The translations under genes were made by a program, and so were the position numbers. The notes below the pieces were generated by a model. It was not told where the DNA came from, ran no database searches, and saw only the letters and a list, made by a program, of their open reading frames with translations. Shown one piece after another: positions 1-9,389 of a DNA stretch of 64,000 bases. Positions within the stretch are counted from its first letter, which is position 1; each line of letters opens with the position of its first letter. This stretch comes from a virus (taxonomy: Duplodnaviria; Caudoviricetes). The stretch is from the IMG/VR virus record IMGVR_UViG_3300033463_000010, positions 96,001 to 160,000 of that record; one strand, given 5' to 3'.

Positions 1-19
1 GGATGTCCCCCAGGCACTT

Positions 20-451
20 ATGACGCACAATAAATACGACGTATGGGCGTATGCGGACGAAATCAAGACCCTGCAAACCGATGGCAGAATCCTGCCCGAT
101 ACGGGTGACTTTATCACCAGGGACAACGTAAGCTATTTTGCGGTCATTTCGGTGTCCGACTACATTTTTGATTACGACCCCGACAATTACTATGAAAATG
201 TTATTGCCGAAGTCACGCTGAAAGACGGAACCAAAATCCCGTTTGACGTTCCCGTGTTCAAGGACCCGAAAGAAATTTGTCACCCGCACACGCTGTTCTA
301 TAACGGGAACCGTTATGTCATTGACATTATGCCGAACAACGACGACCCGACCCACAAAGACAATTACAGGGCGGTAATCCGTCGCTGCAACGGACCCGAA
401 TCCCCTGTGTTCGTTTACGGGGAAGTGTTAGCGTTCTATCAAGAGAAGTAG
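20..451 (+). CDS. hypothetical phage protein
   Basis: 143-aa ORF; next gene starts 4 nt after its stop. Confidence 0.7.
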   Translation: MTHNKYDVWAYADEIKTLQTDGRILPDTGDFITRDNVSYFAVISVSDYIFDYDPDNYYENVIAEVTLKDGTKIPFDVPVFKDPKEICHPHTLFYNGNRYVIDIMPNNDDPTHKDNYRAVIRRCNGPESPVFVYGEVLAFYQEK

Positions 452-454
452 CCT

Positions 455-1063
455 ATGCCTAGAATTACCGAAACAATCACGATTACCTGGCACCGCTTTG
501 CCGAAGAAAAGCCCGAATACCGCAGGGACCTGTGGGTTATTCCCGAAGACGCAACGAAACACAACTACATAAAGGCTGTGTTCCTGGAAGACAATATCGT
601 TTACCCGATGGTGGATTTGGACCCTATCTTTCCGACGAAGCAACAGAAACTTCTTTGGACATACAAGGACCAAATCATTTATGACCGAAAACCCGAACGC
701 AGCCCCGCACCTTTGCAGAAGCCTTATGATACCCGCCTGTTGGAGCTGCTGCATACGCTCCCCCAGGAAACCCAGGACAAGTTCCTAGTCATAGCCACCA
801 ACTATGCCGACCGATACTGCGAAGAATACGACATACACCTGGAAGAATTTAGGCGTATCGGCTACCTGCGACAGTTGAGCAAGCAAGTGTATTGTGCGTT
901 GAACACGAAGTTATACTACGACAAGAACCACGACCCCCAGGAAGTAAAGGACATTTTTGAAATTGCCAACTACTTCCACTCAAAGTTTACCTGGCTGCTC
1001 AACGATAACATTATGCAGCGTTCCAAAGGATTGAACGCCCCGTTGGAGGAAATTCCGCTATGA
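455..1063 (+). CDS. hypothetical protein with N-terminal 'W-x-x-F-x-E-x-x-P' paralog domain
   Basis: TITITWHRFAEEKP resembles the N-termini at 3919, 13626, 17226 and 53875; ATGA overlap with next gene. Confidence 0.75.
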   Translation: MPRITETITITWHRFAEEKPEYRRDLWVIPEDATKHNYIKAVFLEDNIVYPMVDLDPIFPTKQQKLLWTYKDQIIYDRKPERSPAPLQKPYDTRLLELLHTLPQETQDKFLVIATNYADRYCEEYDIHLEEFRRIGYLRQLSKQVYCALNTKLYYDKNHDPQEVKDIFEIANYFHSKFTWLLNDNIMQRSKGLNAPLEEIPL

Positions 1064-1365
1064 AACGAAAGACACCTAAAACCATAGACGCAGAGACCCT
1101 GGTGTTAAGTCCGCTATCCACTTTCACGTTCAACCGCAGCGGGCGATACCTTGTAGCCCTGGGCGAAATACTGCCCCCGCCCTGTTCGTCCGTGTATCAC
1201 CCCGACCAACAGGGCGAAGTCAATACGACGGGCGGTCTGTGGGAAGCCTGGTATGACGCAGAAAGCCCCTGCTCTATCCGTATCGTGTCAAACCCGAAAG
1301 AACTCACGCCTATAACCAACGTGACCGCCTGGGCGTTCCTGGGAACTTCCAGGAAGCCCGAATAG
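1060..1365 (+). CDS. hypothetical protein, paralog of 6501..6863
   Basis: shared GRYLV...TA(W/Y)AFLGT motif. Confidence 0.7.
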   Translation: MKRKTPKTIDAETLVLSPLSTFTFNRSGRYLVALGEILPPPCSSVYHPDQQGEVNTTGGLWEAWYDAESPCSIRIVSNPKELTPITNVTAWAFLGTSRKPE

Positions 1366-1543
1366 GAAAAACAGTAATATATTACCATTTTTCGTCACAC
1401 GGGTTTTTGCCCGACCAAACCCGAAATGTGCAGAAAAACTGCACATATTTGGCTTTGGTCCCCCGATTTTCGGCTGTTCAAGTAAAAATACAGGTCATTC
1501 CGCAGCTATCTAAAAATCTTGAAAATTTTTTTTGAAATACCTA

Positions 1544-1572
1544 TTGACAAAGATTAGGTAATCTGTTATATT
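1544..1572 (+). promoter_or_regulatory. sigma70-type promoter TTGACA-N17-TATATT with TACCT-N13-AGGTA inverted repeat
   Basis: tacct-aTTGACAaagatt-aggta-atctgt-TATATT, then ccac..accgagga and ATG 1604. Confidence 0.9.
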
Positions 1573-1603
1573 TAATGCAGAGCCACTTAAAACCGAGGAA
1601 TTT

Positions 1604-2254
1604 ATGATTAGCATTATCAAAGCAGACCGTGAGAACTATTCGTTCCTGCTCAAAGTCGTCCATCACAACCCCGACCAACTTTATGAAATAGCCGAAGCTA
1701 TTATGGCTGAAGGTAGCAGTAGCGTGTATGAATGCGGGGATTATTGGGTAGTCATTCCTAACGATGACTATACCACCTTTGACAAAATGTCCGCTGTAAT
1801 CCACGGTCTTATGGACAAATATAATGACAAGGCTCCTGCTGTCAATGAAGATTGGCACTACAAGTTTGAAGACTTGAATCCCGTGTTTGCTTCCGAAATC
1901 CAGGGCGGTATGGACCCGAACGACGAATACTACCCCCGTCAGCAGGTGGACGCTGCCATTTGCGAATTGGACGCACACCGCCTGTGCTTTGACACCGACC
2001 GCAAGTATTATACGGAGCAATACGATAACGCCCGCAAGCGTTGGATGGATTACGAAAACCGCCTGCTGCACAGCAATTACAGGCGTAGCTGCCGTATCGT
2101 CAAGGATTGTCGCAGGAAACTGTTGGAATGGAAGAACCTCTGCACCATTTTCAGCGACCCGAAGGCTCTTGAAGTAGCCAAAGCCAAAGTAGCCCTGTGG
2201 ACCAAATGGGAAGCCCGTTGGGTTGAAATTTCTCACCGTTACATTTGCTTCTAA
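1604..2254 (+). CDS. hypothetical early protein
   Basis: directly behind promoter and ccgagga RBS. Confidence 0.8.
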   Translation: MISIIKADRENYSFLLKVVHHNPDQLYEIAEAIMAEGSSSVYECGDYWVVIPNDDYTTFDKMSAVIHGLMDKYNDKAPAVNEDWHYKFEDLNPVFASEIQGGMDPNDEYYPRQQVDAAICELDAHRLCFDTDRKYYTEQYDNARKRWMDYENRLLHSNYRRSCRIVKDCRRKLLEWKNLCTIFSDPKALEVAKAKVALWTKWEARWVEISHRYICF

Positions 2255-2265
2255 AGGAACCCGTT

Positions 2266-2718
2266 ATGAACCAATTCAAGTTTTCCGACGAAATCCTGGC
2301 TACCTGCACGACCCAGGAAGAATCCCTGTTCCATATTAACCCGAAACTGTCCTGGCGTGAAGACCTTACCCAAAAGCAGAAGCGTCAAATCGTCAACGCT
2401 GTAAAGACGTTCGCAAAGGACTACGTGTTCTATCAGCGACATATTAGCAGCGTGAATATGAACTGCGACGCATTCTACAAACTCAAATCCCTGTCCTGGT
2501 CAAAGGATTACCCCGACCAACTGTGGGCTGAATTTGACATTGTGAACGTGCATAAGGACCGTGAGGGCTTCACGATTACCTATGAATCCGACCACGACCT
2601 CATTGACCCGAACCCGTTCCTGGGTAAGCCCGTCCCGCTCGCCCAATACAAAAAGACCCTGTTCAACCTGTTCAACTGCATTTCCCGCAAGACCCTGGGA
2701 AAGAACGTCTGCTTCTAA
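2266..2718 (+). CDS. hypothetical protein
   Basis: aagga RBS before the MNQF ATG; start adjusted from ORF track. Confidence 0.7.
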   Translation: MNQFKFSDEILATCTTQEESLFHINPKLSWREDLTQKQKRQIVNAVKTFAKDYVFYQRHISSVNMNCDAFYKLKSLSWSKDYPDQLWAEFDIVNVHKDREGFTITYESDHDLIDPNPFLGKPVPLAQYKKTLFNLFNCISRKTLGKNVCF

Positions 2719-2730
2719 AAGGAAAGCCCT

Positions 2731-3138
2731 ATGCTACCCGAAATCGGAACCATTGAAATCGCTGACTGCCTGGTGTATGACCCCGACTCTGTTGAGGATT
2801 ACGTCGCCAAACTTCAAGCCACTATCGCAGACCTCCAGGCGAAGCTAGACGAACGTGACAGCCGTTATGTTATCCTGCGTAGCGACGGCTTCTACCTTAT
2901 GAGCCTTCGTCCTACGGGGTGGGGTCGTGGGAACTCGCAGACCTGGACCCGAAAGATTGAAGACGCTGCCCCGTGCCCTTACGAAGAAGCCCAATCCGTC
3001 CTGGCGTTCCTTGACGAAATCCGTATGCCCCTGGACGGCTCCACGTTCCAGGCTGTAAAGGTCCTGCCGAAAGATAAACCAAACCCGCCCCTGTCGGTCC
3101 CGACCGTGGGCGTAGAACCTATCCACAAACCACTTTAA
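2731..3138 (+). CDS. hypothetical protein (Y-x-x-x-x-V-D/E plus coiled-coil family)
   Basis: aagga RBS; YDPDSVEDYVAKL resembles 28651, 44293 and 60415. Confidence 0.7.
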   Translation: MLPEIGTIEIADCLVYDPDSVEDYVAKLQATIADLQAKLDERDSRYVILRSDGFYLMSLRPTGWGRGNSQTWTRKIEDAAPCPYEEAQSVLAFLDEIRMPLDGSTFQAVKVLPKDKPNPPLSVPTVGVEPIHKPL

Positions 3139-3151
3139 GGAACCCAAACCT

Positions 3152-3481
3152 ATGTCCGATACAAGAGAAAACGTAATCGTAATTAGACCCAAAGCGGAAC
3201 GTCCCGTTGACCCCTGGGTTATCCGTATGGACCGCATTTCCGCATACCACCCTAGCATTGACCCCGACACAAAGGACCGCTTCCTGGGACTCCTGGTTGA
3301 CGGTCAGTTACTCCGTTTCAACGAAAGCAACCACGAAGCCCTGTTGGTTGACAACGACAACCACAAGTGGGCGGTCGTCCCCTGGGACCAGGCTCATATC
3401 GCTATCCTGGGGCAGCTCGCAGACCAACGCTTCTACACCGAAATCGCAGTGCAGGACGCATTAAAGGAACAGCACAAATGA
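3152..3481 (+). CDS. hypothetical protein
   Basis: aagga RBS, operon packing. Confidence 0.7.
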   Translation: MSDTRENVIVIRPKAERPVDPWVIRMDRISAYHPSIDPDTKDRFLGLLVDGQLLRFNESNHEALLVDNDNHKWAVVPWDQAHIAILGQLADQRFYTEIAVQDALKEQHK

Positions 3482-3686
3482 ACTCTATCACCGTTACGGG
3501 CATTCTGCTCATTGTCGTCGGGCTTTACGCCTACGTCCGTGGCATAGCTATGGGCAAGCCTATCGTCAAGCGAAACACGTTCCTTGAAATCGGGGCTATG
3601 CTTGTAGGGGTCGCAGGCTTCTACGCTTTCGCCCTGGGCTTCTTTTTCATTCTCTTGCAACTCCAATAAAGGGGGACGCATTACCT

Positions 3687-3947
3687 ATGTGCGAATTTTG
3701 TAATCCTACTGAAAAGCTAAATCAAAAGCCGATAGTCACGATAGCGGATGCAGCCGAACAGGAACCGTGTTGCAGTCGCTACGGGTATATCGTCACAAAC
3801 GAAGGTCTGCTGTTCGTTCTTCACGGGGAACACGTAATGTCGGCATTACCCGCCAAGTTCTGCCCAATGTGCGGGGAAAAACTAGGGGTATGGCAAAATT
3901 CAAAGAAGGAAACAAACTATGTCCGAAAACCATTGGAAATCCTTTAA
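3687..3947 (+). CDS. small Zn-ribbon protein (CxxC...FCPMCG family)
   Basis: MCEFC...KFCPMCG. Confidence 0.75.
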   Translation: MCEFCNPTEKLNQKPIVTIADAAEQEPCCSRYGYIVTNEGLLFVLHGEHVMSALPAKFCPMCGEKLGVWQNSKKETNYVRKPLEIL

Positions 3948-4290
3948 CCATTCCCTGCCCGAAGACGGAATACCTATTCGGGTAAAGGAATCTCCCGCCA
4001 AAACGCCTATTCTTATGATACGGCACGGGAAAACCCTAAAATACCAAATCCAACCCGACGACCCCTGGCAGGGTGTGGGCGTGTTCACGGAATATGTCTT
4101 CTCGCACTGCGTATGGTGCTACGACTCCCAATACACGCCCGAACCACTACGGGACAACAACCCGCCCATATTCCCGCAGGAACACTTCCTAAAATGGGTC
4201 ACAATCCACCGTCCGCAGACGTATAACGAACTGCTCCGTGAATACAACGACTTCTGCAAGGACAACCCCGAACAGGCTAACAATTTATAA
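3919..4290 (+). CDS. hypothetical protein (W-x-x-F paralog family)
   Basis: aagga RBS; HWKSFNHSLP. Confidence 0.7.
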   Translation: MSENHWKSFNHSLPEDGIPIRVKESPAKTPILMIRHGKTLKYQIQPDDPWQGVGVFTEYVFSHCVWCYDSQYTPEPLRDNNPPIFPQEHFLKWVTIHRPQTYNELLREYNDFCKDNPEQANNL

Positions 4291-5307
4291 AAGGAAACAA
4301 CCACCTATGAACGAAAAGACCAAACAATCCCTGGACACCGCCAAAGCCGAAAAAGGCTCTCTCATTTCCAAAAAGGACTTCGTGAACGTAATCAAGGACG
4401 TGTTCTCGCCCAAAGACCCGCTCCCGAAATCCGAACCCGCCCCCGAAGAATTTGACAACCCCTACCTCGGCTACGAAATCCGTCAATCGCAAAGGCGTTT
4501 TGACGCTAACCCGTTTAGGGTCCTGCTCCAATGGTTCGGTGCCGACGAAGAAAACGGCTACGTCGTCCTGTTCAACCACCTGTTCGGGAACGGTGGCACT
4601 GCAAAGGACTTGAAAGACATTCTCAAGAAAGTCCACAAGGAACAGGAATACTTCCTGGTGGGCATACCCGAAAATTTCTAAAAGGACAACCCACGCCTAT
4701 GCCCCTGTTTATTTCCAAGCAAGCCGAACGGGACTACTACACGCTCCGTCGCACGATGGACCTGGCACAGTTCAAGAACGACCGCCCCCTTATTGATTGG
4801 TGCGAGCGGTTCCTTGCACTGTTCCGTCCCGTCCGTGAAATCCGAACAGCCCTGCTGCTCCCGCACCACCGCAAATTGGACTTTGAAGACCTAATCCCGA
4901 AGCAGCCCCCGCTAATCACGAACGCTGCGTGGCTGCTCCCCGAAGACTTCAAGAAAAAGTATTGGAAGACCTACCCGACCAAACGCTAGAGGAACCCCCT
5001 ATGTCACCCGAAACCGTAATCCCCTTAATCATTATCGTCTGCGTAATCCTGGCGTTCGCCCTATACAGCCGTGAGCTGCACAGGCAAATCGCCCGCCAAA
5101 AATACATACGCTGCATTTACAGGTTCAAGGTCTATGCACTGCTCACGTCCCTGCGTGACGACGTGTATTCAAAGACCTACTCCCGCTATTGCAGGCGTAT
5201 GGAAAAATGGCTCTCGCTCGCCAAACAATACCGCTCCAAAATGTAACCGATAGGGCGTTTCCGTCCCGCAACCCCGAATACATCTGTAAAAATTTTATGA
5301 ATACCTG

Positions 5308-5336
5308 TTGACAATACGCAGGTATTTTCTTATATT
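5308..5336 (+). promoter_or_regulatory. promoter TTGACA-N17-TATATT flanked by aatacctg/caggtatt inverted repeat
   Basis: direct sequence match; aaccac..ccgagga leader follows. Confidence 0.9.
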
Positions 5337-5373
5337 ATGCCCAGGAACACAACCACAGCCGAGGAAACCCCCT

Positions 5374-5575
5374 ATGAAAAAAACCGTATTGGCAAATCAC
5401 CGTTGACAACCCACGCTTCGGAACGTCTAGTGGCGAACTCGCAGAAACCCGTGAAAAGGCTCTCGCCAAATTCTTCGCTGCCGTAAAGGAACAGACCCCC
5501 GACCAAACCGTTCGCCTATACGAAGTGGGCGAATGCGGTTTCGTCCGTCCCGAATACACAGTCACCCGAAAATAA
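5374..5575 (+). pseudogene. 66-aa early gene interrupted by one extra A in an A7 run after the ATG
   Basis: promoter, RBS and ATG present; deleting one A gives MKKPYWQITVDNPRF...EYTVTRK*; as written it stops after 10 codons. Confidence 0.65.
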
Positions 5576-5627
5576 CCTATATTTCCTACCGTATATTCCC
5601 CAACTATTTCCAAAGAGGAAACACCCT

Positions 5628-6014
5628 ATGCCCTACAAATTCAAAATCAAGACCCACGAAGCCCGATACAACAGCGATGCCGACCTGTTTGACCAACTCT
5701 ACGCCCAAAGCCAGGAACTCCGCAAATGGCGTAAAGGCGAACTCCCGTTCAAGAAAGCCACGGGTGCCATTATCAAGGCTCTCTCACGTCGTATCGGTCC
5801 CCGAACCGCACACACCGCTTTCAAGAGCCGTGGCGTGAAAGACAGCTACGACTACCTTATGGCTAACTGTATGGCTGAATACGCTGCCGTCGCCTGCCTG
5901 GACAAAGGCGAAGACTTTATCAAGTCCTTCCTGGACGACAAGTCCCAAACACTCCCGAACGACGTGTGGGACAAGGCTGCAAAGCAGTGGATTGACGACG
6001 CAAAGGACCTGTAA
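5628..6014 (+). CDS. hypothetical protein
   Basis: gagga RBS, 128 aa. Confidence 0.75.
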   Translation: MPYKFKIKTHEARYNSDADLFDQLYAQSQELRKWRKGELPFKKATGAIIKALSRRIGPRTAHTAFKSRGVKDSYDYLMANCMAEYAAVACLDKGEDFIKSFLDDKSQTLPNDVWDKAAKQWIDDAKDL

Positions 6015-6057
6015 CACATTCAACACAAAACCCCGCCCTACACAGGCATTACCCGAA

Positions 6058-6093
6058 GCCCCCGCCACACACAGGCAGGGGCTTCTGTCATAC
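6058..6093 (+). terminator. GC hairpin, duplicated at about 6737-6772
   Basis: gcccccgcc..ggcaggggc-ttctgtcataca and gccccgcc..ggcaggggc-tttgtcataca. Confidence 0.5.
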
Positions 6094-6123
6094 AATCCCC
6101 GCCAAAAACTTTGCAGGTTGCTA

Positions 6124-6152
6124 TTGACAGCTACTAGATAATTTGTTATATT
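6124..6152 (+). promoter_or_regulatory. promoter TTGACA-N17-TATATT with AGATA box
   Basis: followed by caaccac..accgagga and ATG 6189. Confidence 0.9.
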
Positions 6153-6188
6153 ACAGGTATCAACCACCCCAAACCGAGGATATACCCT

Positions 6189-6494
6189 ATGACCCAAAAC
6201 CCCGTGGACGCTCGCATTCTGCACGAAAAGGCACTGAAAACCGCTAGTGCCCTCAAATACGTCGTAGTCCCCCTGGCGGGCAACACCCCACGCCCCGCCA
6301 CTTCCATTCAACCCACCGACGACGCTGCCGACATAGCATTCGGACCCACACCCTGCGTCTTCACCCTGCCGACAGCATACGAACTCGTCCGAAACTTGAA
6401 AGCGACCAGGGGGTTGGTCTGCACCTGTATAACAGAAGTGCAGTTCCACGAACTAGCCTTGAAATCCTACGCAGACACCACATATACGGAGTAA
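6189..6494 (+). CDS. hypothetical early protein
   Basis: behind promoter and RBS. Confidence 0.75.
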   Translation: MTQNPVDARILHEKALKTASALKYVVVPLAGNTPRPATSIQPTDDAADIAFGPTPCVFTLPTAYELVRNLKATRGLVCTCITEVQFHELALKSYADTTYTE

Positions 6495-6500
6495 AACAAT

Positions 6501-6863
6501 ATGGCACAATCCCCGCTCCCATACACTTTCCGAACCCAAACCATAACCCTTATCCCCATAGAATACTTCAACGTCTGCTGCGACGGGCGTTACCTCGTCT
6601 TGTTCAACGGCTCCATACACGAAGCCCGATACACCCATTCCGAAACAGCGTTCCGTCTGCTCAAGGACCCCGACAGCCCCATACCGCCCTGGAAAATCAC
6701 AGCCTACGCTTTCCTGGGCACAACCCTTAAAACACAGCCCCGCCACAAGTCCAGGCAGGGGCTTTGTCATACAAACACCCCGCACACAAAAACGACACAC
6801 GAACAAAAATCCCCAAAATCCCATAAACCTACAACAACACCAATACAGGCAACGCACATATAG
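6501..6863 (+). CDS. hypothetical protein, paralog of 1060..1365 (C-terminal extension doubtful)
   Basis: GRYLV...TAYAFLGT; tail runs through hairpin and low-complexity DNA. Confidence 0.6.
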   Translation: MAQSPLPYTFRTQTITLIPIEYFNVCCDGRYLVLFNGSIHEARYTHSETAFRLLKDPDSPIPPWKITAYAFLGTTLKTQPRHKSRQGLCHTNTPHTKTTHEQKSPKSHKPTTTPIQATHI

Positions 6864-6983
6864 CCAATACCTTACACGCCAATACACACCTATACGCATA
6901 CGCCCTATACCACATACGTGACTCTCACGCATTAGCCCTATACTCGCACACTCCCCCTATATCACCCATACGCACCTGTGTTA

Positions 6984-7016
6984 CTCACTATCCCCTGGCT
7001 CACTATCCCCTGGCTC
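6984..7016. repeat. 15-bp tandem repeat (ctcactatcccctgg)x2
   Basis: exact duplication in a C/A-rich intergenic region. Confidence 0.9.
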
Positions 7017-7427
7017 CACATTCTACCCTAGCTGCTCGCCTGTGCCCCTATACGGAAGCCCGTCCGCTACCCCTGGTCCGTCACCTTTCTATGACACCTG
7101 TCACCGTTTTATGACACGTCCCCTGGCTCTTATTCGGCTCTTGCGGACCCGCTTACCGTCACGCAGCACCCCCGCTGCTCCCGCTTACAGAGGGGCGGGT
7201 GGGGCAATTATGTCAATTAGCAGAACTATATCAATTATATCAATTAGCATAATCCAAAAGAATAATCTATATTGTTGGCGTAAGGTAAAGTGTTATATAG
7301 ACCTAAAAACCCCCGCCCCCGAAGCCCTGCTGTCGGAGCGGACAAGTTAAGCACCCCTGTTCGGGTGAGTCCATACAACTTAACGTGTATGGCATAGGAC
7401 CCGTGCATACAAATGAATTGACAATAT

Positions 7428-7736
7428 ATGACAAATCAAATTAGCACCACGGACCTGCTCGCACTCGCACTTGTGCGTAGCGGTCTGCACACGCTCCCGC
7501 TTGAAAGCATACACCGCTACGGCTTACGGCTTGTCACGAAGTTGGGACAGGACACGGGCGAACGTTGGACGCTTCTGTGGGGACGACGTTACCTGGAAGC
7601 CGTGACAGCCCTGTTCGTGCAGGTGGACGACGAAGTAGCCGAACTGCAAGTGGACACGGATTCCCTGGGCAAAGTGTTGGACGGGATAGACGGAAAGGTG
7701 ATTAGTGCAGCGGAGGAATTGGAATGGGTGGAATGA
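7428..7736 (+). CDS. hypothetical protein
   Basis: 102-aa ORF downstream of an AGGTA-N6-TATATA element at 7283-7299. Confidence 0.6.
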   Translation: MTNQISTTDLLALALVRSGLHTLPLESIHRYGLRLVTKLGQDTGERWTLLWGRRYLEAVTALFVQVDDEVAELQVDTDSLGKVLDGIDGKVISAAEELEWVE

Positions 7737-8144
7737 TTACGATAGCGTTCGTGGCAGCTTTCCTTTATGCGGGGAAGCGACTGTTCAGCGTCAAGGATTG
7801 GGGCGAGCAGCCCAGGACCCGCACACGCATAAACGGTGTGGACGTTGGGGCGTATAAGCGTTTCCACGAAAAGCACCAGGGACCAGGAACGAAGTTCCAG
7901 CCCGTCCCGAAGTAACGCTGTGCTTTCCTGCACAGACTGACTTGCTACGGCAAGCCTGGGCACCCCTGCTAGTGGGGGGGGTGCCCTAATCGTATGCGTG
8001 GAGCGTGTATTAGCGTTTTGTTCGGTGTGCTAATACATAGCATAGTGATGTGATAGCATCTTGACTTTAATGCTAATTGACATAGGCAGCGTGTATTAGT
8101 ATATTTTCAGTAGTGCTAATTCACTTTAACCATAGAGGTTTATT

Positions 8145-8480
8145 ATGGGCAGAACATCCCCGTCGCAGAAGTATGCTGCGATTTCGTCAAGAATAGCCGA
8201 GGGCATTACGATACTTTACCCTAGTGATGTTCAATTCTATTTGAACTACTGCAATAAGAATGGGATTACGCCCATTCCCGTGACAGAAGACCCCAACGCT
8301 ACGCCTGTCCGTGAAAATGTAAACAGGGTAAGATACACGGATATTATGGACCGTCTAAATAGAGGGCGTAGTATAGACGCTGTGGATTATCAGTTCTTGA
8401 AGCGGTATTGCAAGCGTATGGGCTTGGAATTACCCGTAGTGGAATCCCGTATGCAATTTTGGTTAAAGAAGGGGGATTAG
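8145..8480 (+). CDS. hypothetical protein with internal repeat (D-x-Q-F..Y-C-x-K/R-x-G, twice)
   Basis: gagg RBS; DVQFYLNYCNKNG and DYQFLKRYCKRMG. Confidence 0.7.
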   Translation: MGRTSPSQKYAAISSRIAEGITILYPSDVQFYLNYCNKNGITPIPVTEDPNATPVRENVNRVRYTDIMDRLNRGRSIDAVDYQFLKRYCKRMGLELPVVESRMQFWLKKGD

Positions 8481-8481
8481 T

Positions 8482-8856
8482 ATGGTTAGGACAAGAAAGG
8501 CTTACAGCGAGCTATCGGACAGGGCAAAGCGTCGCCAATGTTTTAGAGGTTCTGTTGCGTGGAAAACATTAAAGGGACAAATAGCCCATTTGCAGAATAA
8601 TAAATGTTTCGTTTCGGGCAGACCACTTACGAACAGGGCGAACTTGCACCATTTGGATTTGGACCCCGAACATTACGAATACGTGGAGGATGCGTCACGG
8701 TTTGTTTACCTATCTGCGGACATACACGATGCAGTTCACACGCTGTTCAAGTGCCCTGTTGGGTGGAAGAAAGCCCTGGAAAATTTGGCTGTGGTTCTAC
8801 AGCGTATGGACGAATTGAACGGGCTAGTGGACGGGAAGCCCGTAAAAGAAAAATAG
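8482..8856 (+). CDS. small HNH-like endonuclease
   Basis: W...CFVSG...LHHLD...L...HDAVH spacing typical of phage HNH proteins. Confidence 0.65.
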   Translation: MVRTRKAYSELSDRAKRRQCFRGSVAWKTLKGQIAHLQNNKCFVSGRPLTNRANLHHLDLDPEHYEYVEDASRFVYLSADIHDAVHTLFKCPVGWKKALENLAVVLQRMDELNGLVDGKPVKEK

Positions 8857-8865
8857 GTGGAGCAT

Positions 8866-8895
8866 TAAAAGGATAGCCAGGGGCTATCCTTTTAG
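8866..8895. terminator. hairpin taaaaggatagcc/ggctatcctttta, possibly bidirectional
   Basis: 13-bp inverted repeat right after the HNH stop. Confidence 0.75.
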
Positions 8896-8904
8896 TTTCA
8901 CAGG

Positions 8905-8945
8905 CAAATTTATTATCATTTACATAGTAAATGATAATAAATTTG
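8905..8945. repeat. perfect 19-bp AT-rich inverted repeat with 3-nt centre
   Basis: caaatttattatcatttac-ata-gtaaatgataataaatttg. Confidence 0.95.
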
Positions 8946-9389
8946 GTCCCCTTTGGCAAGGGTCCCTTTTGTTACTTTTTGTTTACATTTCGCTACCGTA
9001 AGAAAAGCACCGCCAGGACTATATGGCGAATCCTGGCGGTGCCCCTGGGCGAACGTGATTAGCTACTCACGACCGCCCGTGTGTTTGGGCGTGTGACCGC
9101 CCCTGCTCGCCCGCTGTAAAACAGCGTTCGCCACCGCTTACGTTCGGTCAGTATGATTTGAGCGTCACTGCCCGTATAGTGGGCAGGATAGGCTTACCTG
9201 GGTTACGGTCCCTACGTCTAGGGAATCTATATGAAAATATAGTAAAATCTACGGAGATTTTACTATATTTATCTATGTAGTATTCAAGATAAGCAGTTAG
9301 TGGTATTTCTGTTAATCTTATACCTTTGATGCTCACAGTTGCGTTAAATACCACAATAGACGTGACTGTGGGCATTTTTGGTAAACACT

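Noticed and set aside
7042-7350. 102-aa ORF in the skew-switch region
   Set aside because: Translates repeats and low-complexity DNA, with a GTG start and no RBS.
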